From Botryllus schlosseri (lineage: Eukaryota): a DNA stretch of 64,000 nucleotides. The position numbers and the translations under genes are program-made. The notes under the pieces are model-generated. The model had not been told where the DNA came from, ran no database searches, and was given only the letters and a program-made list of their open reading frames with translations. The stretch's first letter is position 1. The number at the start of each line of letters is the position of its first letter. The stretch lies in the NCBI GenBank assembly GCA_051294905.1, contig CM119372.1, positions 30,940,001-31,004,000 on the forward strand. Direction: 5' to 3'. This document shows, in pieces, positions 24,534 to 38,411 of the stretch.

Positions 24534-27007
24534 CAGAGGTCTCAAACTCAAATGTGCTCGCGGCTCAATTTTCTGGATTTTGATGGCGCCGCGGGCCGCA
24601 GCACCAATAATAGCGGTATTCAATGTATTTGCCAATAGGCGCTATTTAACGGGACCTTGTAGACTGGCATTTCATCAGAGGTGGTCAGTAACGAAGTACT
24701 TCTACTTTTTTGAAGTACTTGAGTAGTTTTCCTCTACTTCTAGTACTTACTCAAGTAGATCTGATTTTCACTACTTCTACTTCTACTTCGAAATATCATG
24801 TGATCTGCTTACTTACTTTTCGCTATTTTCAGTTTGCCAAGTAGAAGTAGTTTAATCCTACAATCGGGAAGATAGCCTGAGGAATTTTGGGGCTGTTTTC
24901 ACGGAGTGTCAACATCTAATTTTCATAAAAAATGAGTAAAGCCCAGAATTTTCGTCGCGCTTCGCGCGCAGTGGATGCGGAGTAGCCAGTATGATTTCAC
25001 GAAAGTATTGGTGAAGATAATTTAGGTAGTGGGTTGACCTGGTTCCGTTCACACCGCATTGCCGCCCTTCGCCCATATGAAATATTTCATCACATAATAT
25101 ATGGCTTATCATAACGTTTGAAACTGATGTTTCGCAATCTTAGCATTTATTTATCATATCGTAATCTAGCAGTCCATAACGTGTTCTAATCTGGAAAAGT
25201 GGACTCTGACATTTTTTTAGTTTTAGAGCTGTTTTAGCATACCACCTTTGAAACTTTCTGGATTAAAGACATGAAATACATTTTCCGCTTTTGGAAGTAG
25301 TATTTATATTTCACTTTCAATTCCCAGTATCATATACTTTCAGTTCTAATTAATATCAGATCTTTTGTCTGGATAACATACATGTTGAAGTATAAAAGCA
25401 AGTGTAGTAATGCCTTTAATTTCCGGAAATAAAGGTATACACAATATGGCATTTTTACGATCCGCCATATTTTTTATTAACGTTTACTAATCGCGCAAGG
25501 TGTTCACACCGTATCCTATACAACTTCTCCGCATTCCTCTTTGACTAAACTGCGGGCCTTATAATATGGGGGAGGGCGCGATACCATGATATTTTCTAAA
25601 ACGTGCTGTTCGAGTAAACAGAGGATTAGTATCGCATTTCCATATCAATACTAGCATTTTCATCCCATGATGCGGACGAATGCTTATGCTGTCGAAAATT
25701 GGATACCTCCTGGTATGCATCAATATGAATCAAGCTCGGAACCATTCGCATAGCTCAATTTGCACCTTTTGACAATCCATGCGAACGAATTACGATCGTT
25801 TTCACAACTACTTACTTACTTGAGTAGATTTGAAGTCAAACAATTCTACTTCTACTTCGAGTAGTTTTAGGTTGCTTATGGAGAAGTACCTCCACTCGCA
25901 CTTGAGTAGATTTTTTAGTCTCTACTTCTACTTCTACTTGAGTAGCTTTCTTGACTACTTTGACCACCTTACTATTGTGAATTCACGACTAGCACGAAAA
26001 ATTACAATTTTAAATATTTGAATAAAATTGTTGTTGTTCTTGGCATAGTGTGTCAAAATAATTAGTTATTGACACCGTGTAATCGTATAAATGCATCACC
26101 ACATCGTAAAAACTATAAGCTAAAAGCTAAAAGCTATAAGCGTTATAATTTTGCAGCGAGCGGACATTTGACGTGCCACAATATTAGGTTGAATTGCAGG
26201 CCTCGGTAGAATATTTTAGAATTTAACAAAGGTTGATCTGACATCAGAACATAGGAGCAGCATAGCCGAATCTGGGTTTCCGGCATACTCCCGATAACTG
26301 GGCTGTTGATCATGTCATTACCAAAGTCAAATTAAATAAAAAGGTCCGATCACCGAAGAATTCATTGGTGTTAGAGCTGTGTAGTGTGTAGCGTACCACT
26401 ACCTTACTCGCCACCCTTGAATAACGATAATAACATGGATAAAGAGACCCATGATGACGCAGGATGTAACTAACTATACAGCAGGAGGCAACAGAATGCC
26501 AATGGTTGCCACACCGGACTGCTTAGCAAGCTAAATACGCTACGCACCGTAAGCTACGGTTTTTTGATAAATTATATTCTCCATTACAGTCTGATAGTTT
26601 GTCGCGTCCTTATTTTATTGTAACGTTTAACCCGACACTACTCGAGCCATTTTTATTTTATCACCCATTCAGTCCGAGTTCGAATAGGCTAATTCTACAA
26701 AAGGTCATGCCCAAGTCCAAATCACAATTTTAGGTCCCTAATCATCAGCAGGTCAAGTTTTACCATCATAAACAGGTAATGTGACGTAATAGCTGATTTA
26801 CCACTGCAGGCTAACTTTTGAAAGTGATGTGATAGTGACGTTTAATGAGTAGAGTCTAGTTTTTGGAGTGGTTTTAGAGTGAATTTGAAGTTTTCAAATC
26901 GAAAAACAATGATATGTGGCGGTTAAATATTGTCGAATACTGCAAAATCCCAAATGACGACGCGGACCGCACAAAATGAACTCGCGGCCGTGTGTCTGAT
27001 ACCTCTG
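24534..27007. mobile_element. Probable Charlie-type MITE with nested Tol2-like element
   Basis: Ends CAGAGGTCTCAAAC / GTCTGATACCTCTG; flanks CGATAGAC / CAAATAGAC (near TSD). Confidence 0.55.
24676..25970. mobile_element. hAT Ac/Tol2-like non-autonomous element
   Basis: Left end CAGAGGTGGTCAGTAACGAAGTAC; right end ..TACTTTGACCACCT; dense TACTT/GAGTA subterminal arrays at both ends. Confidence 0.75.
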
Positions 27008-27324
27008 CAAATAGACAGTGGATGCCAAACATGCGACCCGCGATCCCGCCCGCAATGCAATGTGAGTAAATGAACAAATGCTTGTATTGTCCAGCAACTT
27101 TCCATCAGAAGTTTTTATTGGGAAATACTTTCACGTAATAATCCCTCAAGATAGCAAATGTCAAACATGTTCAAGTGTTCATGTGTCTTATCACAGCCTT
27201 CCGATGGCAATGTTGCATTTTCACTCCGGTCGCTATTAGTAACGAATCTGTGACATCGACACTCACAAGGTTAAAAAATTGGACTGCGACGTGCGTACTC
27301 AGCTCATAGTTTTTTGCAGGACGT

Positions 27325-27353
27325 CGATCACGTGATCGGTTGCGCATAGCGAC
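27325..27353. promoter_or_regulatory. Candidate promoter element: palindromic E-box (TCACGTGA) adjacent to an RFX X-box-like site
   Basis: Perfect 14-bp palindrome CGATCACGTGATCG immediately followed by GTTGCGCATAGCGAC, in a CpG-rich patch ~4.5 kb upstream of the TMEM181 start. Confidence 0.35.
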
Positions 27354-30266
27354 GGTCGACTAGCTAGAAAGCTAGTCATTTTCACATCTGAGAATGCGTC
27401 CCTACATACTCCCTTTGGTAATCTATTCATTTAAAATCTTTTTTGTAGAGTTGTAAAGGTATCAAAATTTTTCGCTGAGAGTAATGTGCGACCAGTCAAT
27501 GTCTGCTTAATCAGTGGTTGGTACTCTACGACGAAACACACGGCACTTTAAAAATCCGTCAAGGCACCGAATTCGTCTGTGTCCACTGTCCAGACACCGT
27601 TCAATTCATTACAGTCTATATAGCAAAATAGATTACAGTTATTGCAATGACTATGAGACTCGATTTTGATTGTAAGATATGGCTTTATCGATCGAGTACC
27701 ACGTAAATCGTAGAAATATATTTCACATTCTGTTATCCTTCGTGGTAGTGTCGTGTACGTACTAGTAGAATTTAGAGATACTTGCAGCAATCGTGAGACC
27801 TGATTTTGAGTGCGTGCTGCATCCGACGAAATCAATGTCGATTACTGAGTGTAGTAATGAAGCAGCGCTGTGAGCTAATCGCAGAAACGAGTACAGCAGG
27901 CAACAGCAGTATGAACACATCATGCAATCAAACGAAAATCAAATCCATAATAAATATGGGTCGCATAAGGATTTAGCTCGGTAACTCGGTACTGTAGATA
28001 TCGGCGCCGCGGTTGGATCCATTTTTCTGTAGCAAATAAGCAGACTGCGAAGTGAGGGCATAGCATTGCTAATAAATGTTGATTTCAGGTAAGACTACAC
28101 CCTAGCCGCACTAACACTTGTGATATTGGTGCTAAACTCAAGAAAAGGCAGTGTCACGCAGGATATCACGCGCAAATGTGTATTCTACGGTGTAGAGCGC
28201 GTGTATGTGGCACTAGACCATTAAACTAATTGAAACATTTTTGTGCGGTCCGCGAAGGCACCGAGAAACGTAATAGAGATATTGATAAAAATGAGCAGTA
28301 AAATATCTAATTACTAGAGCTAGTTTTGATTCTACCTTTTCTTAATTTATTTTATGGTGATATATATTCAGTTATAATCCCAACATTGCATTTTCTGACT
28401 TTATTGTTACCACAATATACCGTCCCCGGGGCCTACACATTTGAAACGGCTCGGTTGCTAAACATCTTAGAAAATCAAAAGGGTAATGCCTTGGTTCGGA
28501 TCAAAATCGTAATTTTCGATTGGAACTTTCAGTGTAAAATGTATGAGACAACAGTAATTATGTTGATGTCGTCCATGCGGGTTATGAAGCTGTCAGCATT
28601 ATCTGTTCTGAAGCTTGACCAAACGCAGAATCCACAGATCTTTAAGCCGGTCGTTGCTCACATCCTATCCTGAGAATCGGCACAACCTATTTTCCTCCCT
28701 AATTTCGACCAATTGATTGAGGATGGCCTGCTTTCTAAATCTCGATGATGTTTCTGACACATGTGGGTTATCATCAAAACAACATTTACATTGTTTTGTT
28801 ATATGTATTGTCTCCATGTTTTCGGTTACTTCATATATTCTAATAAAAAGCTTGTGTGTCGGCGTATAATTACGATTTTAGTATAGTGCGGCCCGCGAAT
28901 GGATTCAGATTTTGAATGCGCACCGAGCTGAAAAGTTTTGCCACTTCTTAGCTCGACGAATTTCATACTTTGATGTCAGTGTTCAGTACCGCAATGGCAT
29001 TTCGACCCCACAAGGCCAAGTATTTCTGCTTGCATTTGCCCGAAAGAGTGGGCTTGTCAATAACTTACAATGCACTCGCGACAATGCCCAAGACAGGATG
29101 CAATGGCATGAGCACTATGAAGTGAACAGACAGCAGAATGTCGAAACGCCCTTGTACGATCTCTCAATCAAACATCCAACTCAGCCTAATGCCTGATGTA
29201 ACGTAACAGTGTTCAATCTTGATTTTTCCGCCGTCTTTCTTTTCCAGAAGCCTTCCCGTGCACCTGTCATTCCCTTTGCAGTCGTCCTTTACCTGATCTT
29301 CTCTGTTTTTTTCAAGGACGCTATAATAACAGCGACGTAGGGGAGGAATAGTCCAGATAAACACTCGACACTTTGTAATATGCTACTGTCGATACTCGAG
29401 CAGGGGTCCCACGCGTCGATGGTGGTGGAACAACAGCAATACAGATTCGCAAACCTCACAGGACACTAATGATGTGAGGTACCCGCTGATTGCGCCACTG
29501 CGCCTGAAACTGGTGACAAAGTGGAAAATCTCCTACTTTGCCGGCGAGTCCCGCCGATGCTATGATGTAAGGTCTGGCGACATGGTGCATCAACTTATCG
29601 GGAAGAGGTGCGAGAGGCAGTGTACAAAACGACAGGCATGCATACTACAATGCCAATTAGCCAATTTATAATGTTTTCGTATGCGACTTGTCACCCGAAT
29701 GTCATTCTCAAAACAATGCTACGTACCGATTGATTTCGGCGATTTCAAACTTCGTTCAGATGCTGTGGGAAGTAGAAATGTTTGCGCTATTCATGATTAT
29801 TTCTTAAATATCTATTAGCAGAAATCAACGCTTTGAAGGCGAGTCTGTAGTACACAGCGCACCCGGCTGTTTATGGCAGTTATCTGATGTCACATGGCCT
29901 ACTAAGCCCACAAATCGGCAGTTGGTTATAGGCAGTAATGACAATATAGGTACAGGAACAGGGTTATTTAAACGTCATAGCAATCTACTTGTATAACCTG
30001 TATTTGGGGGCATTAAGCCCCCTTCAAAAACGTAACAATGATACCACTGTAACTGTACATTGTACAGTACATGTACGAGTAACAAATTCGTTATCACGCT
30101 GTTAGGTTAGCGCTATTTACTTACGTATCTAAGGGATTTCAATAGACAAGTCCACGGCAATATTTTGGCGAAATCGTCACTTGGTCAAGCGATTCCTCGT
30201 GAGAAATCAGATTGACCTCGGCCGCGAAATTTTAAAAGCTCCATTGACTGATTAAGGACTCTTCAG

Positions 30267-30791
30267 TAGGGCTAGGTAAAATCGAATACGTGAGTGATTC
30301 GATTCTGAATCCTGATTTGATTATGCATGGAGTCGAGTTGAGTATTCGGGTATCACTCAGTATGACGTCACAACAGAGTGTACCATGTCAATGTTCAAAT
30401 ATGTACCGTACCTTTTATGTCACCACAAAGAATAAAATGTCTGTTATCCGTCACATTAAAGATACATTGGTATTTTTTCGACCATACCTATTTCATTGCA
30501 CTTCTTGACAATGGTGTGGGATGATCACGAGTTCGGAAATGTGCTATTTTCAGTAACGTTCGTAGCTTTGTACTAAGTCTCCTATGCTGCGACACGGCCA
30601 ATCAAGGTTTCAAGGCTTTCTCAGTGGAAAATTAGTATCAAAACTATAATTCTCGTTAGTAAATTAACTTTCAGTTGCGAGGGGCGTATAATTTCTGTAT
30701 TCGAAAAAATCGTATTTTACTACTCGACTCGAATCATTGATATTAATACTCGATTCAGATTCGAGTACTCGAATCATTGTGCCCAGCCCTA
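30267..30791 (+). mobile_element. hAT (Ac-type) MITE, family copy 1
   Basis: TIRs TAGGGCTAGGTAAAAT / ATTGTGCCCAGCCCTA; perfect TSD CTCTTCAG; colinear with 59198-59712. Confidence 0.93.
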
Positions 30792-31808
30792 CTCTTCAGC
30801 TTATCTCAGCGGTGTCAGCACGATCAGCAAGACTATGTTCCAAGTAGAATATGATAACGCAACATAGCATTTGAGAATTTACTGAAGAAATCACGGTGGT
30901 TCTTATCGTTATGGACCGGCGAAACATCTCTATTTATTATGTTTATAGTACTTATGCTAATCTGAGAGATATTATTGCCGAATAATGACGGTGAATCGCG
31001 GGAGAAAAATCGATTTCCCCGTCGGAATGATGAATCTGACCTCACGGTAATTGCGATCGCGCGGTTACACATCCCTTTATGGGTTTTATCGATTTTCAAG
31101 CCGGCTTTTGATTTGATGGAGTTCCCGCATTGACATTACGCGATCGGTCTTTATCACGCATATAAGGTAGCTAAGGTTCTAAAGAATGCGTGATGAAAGC
31201 ATAAGCCTACGCCGGAAGCAGGATCACTAAATCAATGTGAATCTTCGAACTCTATTCTGCTTGTGCTGTGAGCAACAGTTTCGTTTAGGCCTTTCACTAT
31301 TACGCAATAGGGTAATATGGGTTTGTGCTTCAAAAATCGGCCTAATTTTCTCCGGATTTGAGTAAGATTTATGTTTCTCTTTTCGAAAAGCAAATATTTA
31401 TCAAAGCACTTTAGATTGTCCATCTCTCACTCCAGTGCGTGTATATAGACTTTATATAATTAATTGATTAGAGTAGCGTATCGAGGTGCGCATAATTAGG
31501 TTGGAGAAGAAAACTGTATCCGACAGCATTTCGAAATATCCGCCGATACCAGAAGTTTCATTCTTGCCAGCTAGAAATTTCTTTCCTTGTGTTCCATGTT
31601 TACATGGAATTGCTTGAAGAAGTAAAAGTTGTCATTCTATACATGCAGCAGCTTGTCGTATAATTTTGTGTGTAATGTGGAGTATTCTTCTTATTTCTTT
31701 GACCGGCTACTTATCCCATTTTGAACACAAATTATATCCTTCAAGTACAAGATTTCTGCTTATAAATCTGTACCTTGTATTGTCTTCTTATTAGCGTTAG
31801 GTTCAAGT

Positions 31809-32026
31809 ATGACGCGAGATAGCGCGCATAATTTTATCGATAGTGCAATAGATACAAACCAAAGGCCGGAGCATCGCAAAAAATCATACACGGAGAAGTT
31901 GCTGGAGTACCGAGAGACTGTGGATAAGCCCCCGTCCGTTTGCGTGAGATTGTGCATGGCATTTGAAGACTACATGGTACCGGATTCGGTGCTGGACTCC
32001 GTACACGCAGCGTCACCAAGTGCAAG
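31809..32026 (+). CDS. TMEM181: TMEM181, probable first coding exon
   Basis: Acceptor-like AG at 31799-31800, ATG 31809, strong donor AAG|gtaagc in phase 2, which joins exon 61059 in frame (..SPSAR-SIQMRLY). Assignment rests on phase and weak resemblance to invertebrate TMEM181 N-termini. Confidence 0.6.
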
Positions 32027-35022
32027 GTAAGCCAACTTTTGAATATGGTGATGATGTACTTTTGAACAAGGCCTAAAAATGCGTGCACTATGCAGCGTGG
32101 ACTGTACACTGTACAGTGTACAATCCACCATGTAAAGCACAGTATTATACACCATTGGCCAGAAAAAGCATTGGATCAAGAGCGTTAGATTCTATTACGC
32201 ATCCTATAAACCCTGACACGTATAATGTACAAAAGCCATGCTGCTTTTGCATCGCATGGAAATGAATTGCTCGAAAATAAACGTGAGTGTCAGATCCACC
32301 ATGAAAAACAGTTCAAACAGATAAATATTTTATTACAGACCAGACCTGTAATATAAACTTACCATAAACATATTGAGAACTCCTTTCGCACCACGATAGG
32401 GAAACAATTTGCGTTGTAACATTTCCGTGATACTATATCAAACGCAACAGGCAACAATGTTGGTTAAAGTCAATGAAGTAATTGCCGCATTTTTACGATT
32501 TCATGCGATTTACGTCATTCCTTTCGCCATGATTGATCAAAGCTCCAAGTGTAGCAACTTCGATTTGCGTTAGTCATCCTCCGATTTCACATAAATTGCA
32601 TTACAAAGGTATGCATATTGTATACCAGGAAACGAGTACGAAAGTAAGTTGTCCAAGAACAAAAACACCACAAAAATCATGTTTTGAACGACGGCCGTGC
32701 GCGGTTTAATCTCGCCAGAATGCAAGTGAACGCATTAATATATGTAGGGCTAGGCCTACTCTCTGCAAAAATGCAATGGCGCCGTAACTCAGGAAAAGAC
32801 AACAACAGCATAGTTCTCCCTGTGATTCTTTCAAGTTTGTATCATTGTCGTAAAGCATTTGGTGAAGAAAATACCAATATGGAATTATTATTTCATTTTT
32901 TTTGTAAAATAGGCGTTAGATTGTACGTACAAGAGGTACACGCATTCGTTTTTAAAGTGCTTTTATTTATGGACTGGACATATTTCTGATTCAGTTCCAC
33001 AGCAATACTTCTTTCCAAGGTATAGCCTAACTAATGTGTATCAATGTAACCGTAACTTTGTAAGATTACTGATTAGGGTCAGTATCAAAATATTAGACGC
33101 TCGTGAGATTGATAATAATTTCCTCAAAGTCGCCAGCAACTGGAAACCGATGTCTAGATGGAATGAGATACGCTTCTTTATCACACGTGCGTATAGTTCT
33201 TAAATTCTGGCTATATCGTAACGAGAAGATACTGAAAACGACTTGGATATAGCGGACTGGTCAAAATTCAGTCCGTACATAGCATAGTGTTTACACAGCC
33301 TATTTGTGACACCCATACTTCACACTCCTTTGTCAAAGAATCGCAGCATTGGTACAATTCACGCAAATGTGAGTGAGATGCATCATAACATCGAGTATCG
33401 ATTCGGTAAGAGTGCTATCGATCCTTGTCATTTCGAGTCGAAAGCCTGGATGCGTAGTAGAAAATTCAGCTTTGAAGTGGATACATCCATTATACTGCAC
33501 CATATTATATTAGGCGTATTTGCTTGTGACTCTAGTCGCTGGGATGTTTCGAAACATGCAGCGAAGACGTCAGAGCACGACAAAAGGTCCTCTTGCACAT
33601 GCAAATTTAGATTTCGACATTTATCTCATCTTTAGTTATGCCACAACGATTACGTTACGTCATTTTACTGTTGAGATTTTTTAGTACCCCAAATTGTTGT
33701 CCTGGTTAAACACCAGTTCGTGAAGTAGCTTTTGATAATATAAATATAACTGCTGGTGCTGGTACATAGAAACAGATGGGGTTGTGTATCGGTGTGTGTG
33801 TCCTAGGCCAATGAGGTGAACGGGGTCATGCTCTCGCAAATGTTCCGCAAGTTTTCGCAAATTGATAGGAAGTAGATATGCTCAACTTAAAATTATCTTC
33901 GCACTTCGTGCAATGTCACTAGAATTCTTGATTTTAACATAGGTACCCCTCTCTCGGAATAAAAATGAAAAAATTCGTAAAATTTACAGATTGTGGTCTG
34001 TCTGCGCAATTATGAGAGAGCTCCATACTTCTAGTTTCCTTAAACATATCAAATACTTGCCCCCATTTGTTCTGGGTACGCCTTTGGCGTACACTTGTAT
34101 GTGCTGGTGTCGGTGTGTGAAATGGGTTGCCGGAAAGGGGCTGCGCAAGGTGCATCTTCAAATAATCGGTATGGACAGGGAAGGGACGATACGACCGAGT
34201 GGTCATCTAGTCAATCCCTCCCCTAAAGAGCATACAAATTATATCTCAATCTTAATGTTCATTCGTGATGGATCATTGGCTCTCGTGTCTATAGTCAGGA
34301 GTATTCCTGTGTCTACCACATAATTTACGGTCCTCTACCTATGAATCACTAATGAATTGACAGTGGGTCATCAACAAATGCAACACCACTGTCGTCGATA
34401 CGCAATACGCATTACGTATTCTGCACCGGAATTTACGTGATCTATTCGTTGTCATTTCTGATCACGCGAAGTCTTATCGATCCTTAACGATTGTATCAGT
34501 GATGTATAGGTCAAGATTTTCGCATTGAATTCGCTTGAACAGAACAGCTGGAATAATGTATTTATGAGATCAATATGACACCTCTGACGTAAATTCCATG
34601 TCCTAAAATAAGGACGATTCTCGCTGTTTACGTATGTATTTGCTACATCTGCAATAGAATCGCTTGTTTTCGGGTAATAATGCGGATAAGATCGATAGTG
34701 AGTGACCTCTGTAGTCCCGACTGTAGGGCCTATCCTTTCAGGTCGCGTCGCAATAAATATATCACCTGGATATATATGTCTGTTATCATAGGATATGAAT
34801 CTCGACCAACCTAGAAAACCATAAAATTGACGATATCGGTCTTTGAAGGAGTGATGTTGAAAGTAAATCGACTAAAATACTTTATTGGCTAATATTGGGA
34901 CAATTTTAGTTTATTTTACAGTCTATTAAGAATTGCATACCTTCCGACGTTCCTACCTAGTACCTACATGCATAATATTGATTGAAATGTTGTACCCGAT
35001 TTATACCGCGGTATAAGTCTAA

Positions 35023-35694
35023 GGTAGGATCTGGTCTCGTGTGCCATGAGTGCATTCACACACGTATATCAGGGGACGTACACGGGTGGAAACACACAGT
35101 CTATTCGATAAGAGGGGAGTACGCTCCACAGTCAGTGATGAGCGGATAGTGCTTTTCGAGACTCCGAATCCCTCCGACAACTTTAGTGTCTGAGGAAAAG
35201 TCCCTCCGACTCCGGAGAGTTCAATCCCAGACTCCGAGATACTCCGATGAATCTCGTCAAGTATCCGAAACAGTGGCAAGCATGGTACACTTGGTAATGT
35301 GTTTTAATAAATTATTATGATAATAGGGTTGGCCTCGGAGTATTGTCTACTCTCCAGTCCCCAAAGCAATGCAGATGGCTGATATTTATGCACTTGACAA
35401 TCATTTTTGCATGTTACCCGTCATATTACAACTTTACAAGGTGTCAGCTGTCTGTGTTTTGGTTTGTAATCATAATCAAGAGTGTATTCGGGTCAGAGCT
35501 ATCCAAAGATATCGGAGACAAAAGTTACAATACTCCGAAATTCTCCGAAAAAATATCTGTAGTAAACTCCGACTGTCCCAAAACCGGCAAAACTCCGCTC
35601 CGAATCCACTCCGACGCCGCTCCGATGCTCATCACTATCCACAGCTACGTTTTCGAGTTCAAGTGAGACCGAGATCGACTCCAGAAGTCCTACC
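35023..35694. mobile_element. PIF/Harbinger-like MITE
   Basis: Ends GGTAGGA.. / ..TCCTACC flanked by TAA on both sides; internal ACTCCG/CGGAG repeats and inverted GGTCTC/GAGACC subterminal segments. Confidence 0.55.
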
Positions 35695-36729
35695 TAACTG
35701 TCAGAAATTTATCTAGTTTCCTCCTCATCATGTGATACGCGTAAACCTTGTCTTAATCAATTATAGAAGTTGGCAGATATGTTTTTTTATATCATCATTT
35801 TACGAACGGTCACGTCCAAGTCCAAATCACAATTTCCAGTCACAAATCATCAACGGGTCGTGTTCTATTACAGTAGCCGGCAACTTTTTGTATGCAGCGT
35901 GCCAGAATATCAAAAATGTCAATTTTTACCAGCTTGCGTTCAAAACATTCAATTTATTAATATTTAACGTTTCAAGCAAGGAATACCACCAATCGTTTTG
36001 TTGCTACTGGCAACGGCATCCGTTACGCCAGTGATTCTTGAATTATCGGTACAGAAGGGAATAGATTTTGGTCTCTACTGCACCCGACCGATCGCTTACA
36101 TCCACGTAATATTTACATAATTTATTTTCAGTCGCGCAATGATCGATCTTCTGTGGTCGATTTGGTCGTTTCCAAGTTCTCTGTGTTCGGCACCATATCC
36201 AATAAGTACAGGCCAATCAGTGTTGTTACGATGATATGGTCAGATGCAATACAATATCTCCTTCTGAGCGACAAACACGATTCCAGATTCGCATTTCGAC
36301 ACGGGGCCCATTATTTTCCTCGGTGGGTTTCATTTGATTCGTGCGGCTCACGCTGCGGGCGCTGGACTATTCGGCGCTGGTCACTTCGGCACCTTGACAG
36401 TGTACACATCAATGTGAACTTTTTGTCCGGCATGTGGCGGTTACTTTGTTTCAAGGCTTTATCGCCGCCAATCATTTTGCCAACGCATACACCGCACGGG
36501 AATCGCATGGTCGCATGTTGTCCGAAACTTTATGTCTAGGTCGTGTCTTCTATAGCGTGAAAATGCCCAGCGCCGGAATGCCGGTTCATAATTTTAGCTC
36601 GCTTAAGTTGCACAGTGAGCACTTCTGGACTAAAGCATCCAAATGGTTTCACCCGATATTCAGTTGACGTTCTTTCATAACTGCTAATACGACAGACTGA
36701 TTTCTGTACATTATGCGTAGCTTTTATGT

Positions 36730-37971
36730 CAGGGGTGGGCAACTATTTTCCTCCGCGGACCAAATGAGAAGTAGAAAATACATTGGCGGGCCGACTAAAA
36801 ATTTTTTGCTATATTCTTCGGCGTCTTTTAATTATATTTATAAATTACAATGTTAATAAATGCTGCTCAGTGAATGTGTTGATGAGTTGATGTGATGAGT
36901 GATGAGTTGAATGATGAACATTATACATTGTGGCCTCTCTTGAACCCCCTATCCACGTTCTTCTGTTAAGACTCCAAAACAGTGGTTCTCAAACTTTTTA
37001 GGCACGCCTCCCTTTATGATCGTAAAAAATTTTGCGCCCCCCCCCTTATCATGATATCACAAAATATTAAAAAGTGCAACCAGAATGCTACCGATCCCAA
37101 CGGATATAGATGGCATGGAAGGTTATGGCAGTTGATGAGAGAATTCTGAAATATTAAAATCGGATAATACACAGAGCAATAACTATAAGCTGTGGGTAAA
37201 CCGCGCATAGCGCGAATTGTTTTTCAATAAACTCCTGCTTTGCGCCCCCTTCTGATTCTTCCACCCCCCCCAATTCGAACACCACTGCACGGAAATGTAA
37301 ATGCAATAGCGCAAAAATTATTTTCTTGGTTACTGCCTTCCGAGCAGTGTACAGCTTAAATAGCCTTGATGTCGAGCGAAGCTTGCAATTTTTCTGAACT
37401 TAGCCCTCCCTTGACCAAGTGTTTCGTGTTTTGTCATAAGACCGACTTTAATTAAAATACTTAATCTCGGCGACATGCTCGGCAAAAACTATAAGAACGG
37501 GTTTACCCCTGACTACAGTATGGAAATATTCAGTGCTCTAAAGTCTAAACCTTGTTTGAATTTCAGTTTTCGGCTTTCTTTTTTGGCATGCCCGTTAATC
37601 CTTTATGGGTGATAGGCTACATAAGATGAGTCATATAGTAATCGCGAGCACTGATTGACTTGTGTTACGAATTAAGGATTTGGAAACATCACGTAACAAT
37701 TTGAAACACATACCGTATAATGGTAATGTGACAATCGCAACAAAGAAGGTTTGAACTAAACTAAATTGAAAGAGTGATTGCTTGTGACTTTAATTGCTAC
37801 TTATACTATGCCAGATTGCCTTTATTTTGAATCTGGATTACGCATGCGGGGTACGAATACCTAACCTACCTATTACCTACAGGCAGCGTAATCGTGGAAT
37901 ATTAATGAACAAGCGTCAAAGTATACGAATTTCCACGCAACCTTTCGCGGGCCGCACTTTGCCCAGGCCTG
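36730..37971. mobile_element. hAT (Charlie-type) MITE containing a nested MITE
   Basis: TIRs CAGGGGTGGGCAA / TTGCCCAGGCCTG; TSD TTTTATGT / TTTAATGT (7/8). Confidence 0.85.
36980..37287 (-). mobile_element. ~300-bp Charlie-type MITE nested in 36730-37971
   Basis: CAGTGGTTCTCAAAC ... GAACACCACTG; colinear with 15945-16262. Confidence 0.82.
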
Positions 37972-38123
37972 TTTAATGTTAATTTACGAACTAATTTTGG
38001 ATGGGCTACAAGCTTTGTACATTTTGAAAACTTCTGTAACTTTTGAAAGTGTTGTGATAGTGTAGTTTGATGAGTATTCAGGATGTTGGATTAGTTTTAG
38101 AGTGAACTTTAGGTTCTCACATC

Positions 38124-38411
38124 CAGTGGTGGTCCAACGATTGGGGAGGCCCTGGGCGAGACTTCCGGCGGGGGGGGGCCTATGAGTATGTAATCGCAGA
38201 TGTAGAGACTTGATCATTGTCGGGATATGGGACTTAATATAACAAATGTGGAGATTTGATGATTGACCCATCCGAACGGAATCATCTTGATTGGTACGCG
38301 GATTTCAACGTCTATTCGCTACAACCCTTGAAGAAAAGCGCTAAAACCAAAGAGGGGGCCCTTCGACCAGAGGGGGGGGGGGGCGACCGCCCACCCCAAA
38401 AGCCACCACTG
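38124..38411. mobile_element. Short hAT MITE
   Basis: TIRs CAGTGGTGG / CCACCACTG; perfect TSD CTCACATC; GGCCC subterminal motifs. Confidence 0.88.

Noticed and set aside
36130..36667. ORFs and acceptor at 36130 as a TMEM181 exon or an integrase fragment
   Set aside because: The frame compatible with the upstream exon stops early; CxxC resemblance to integrase is too weak.
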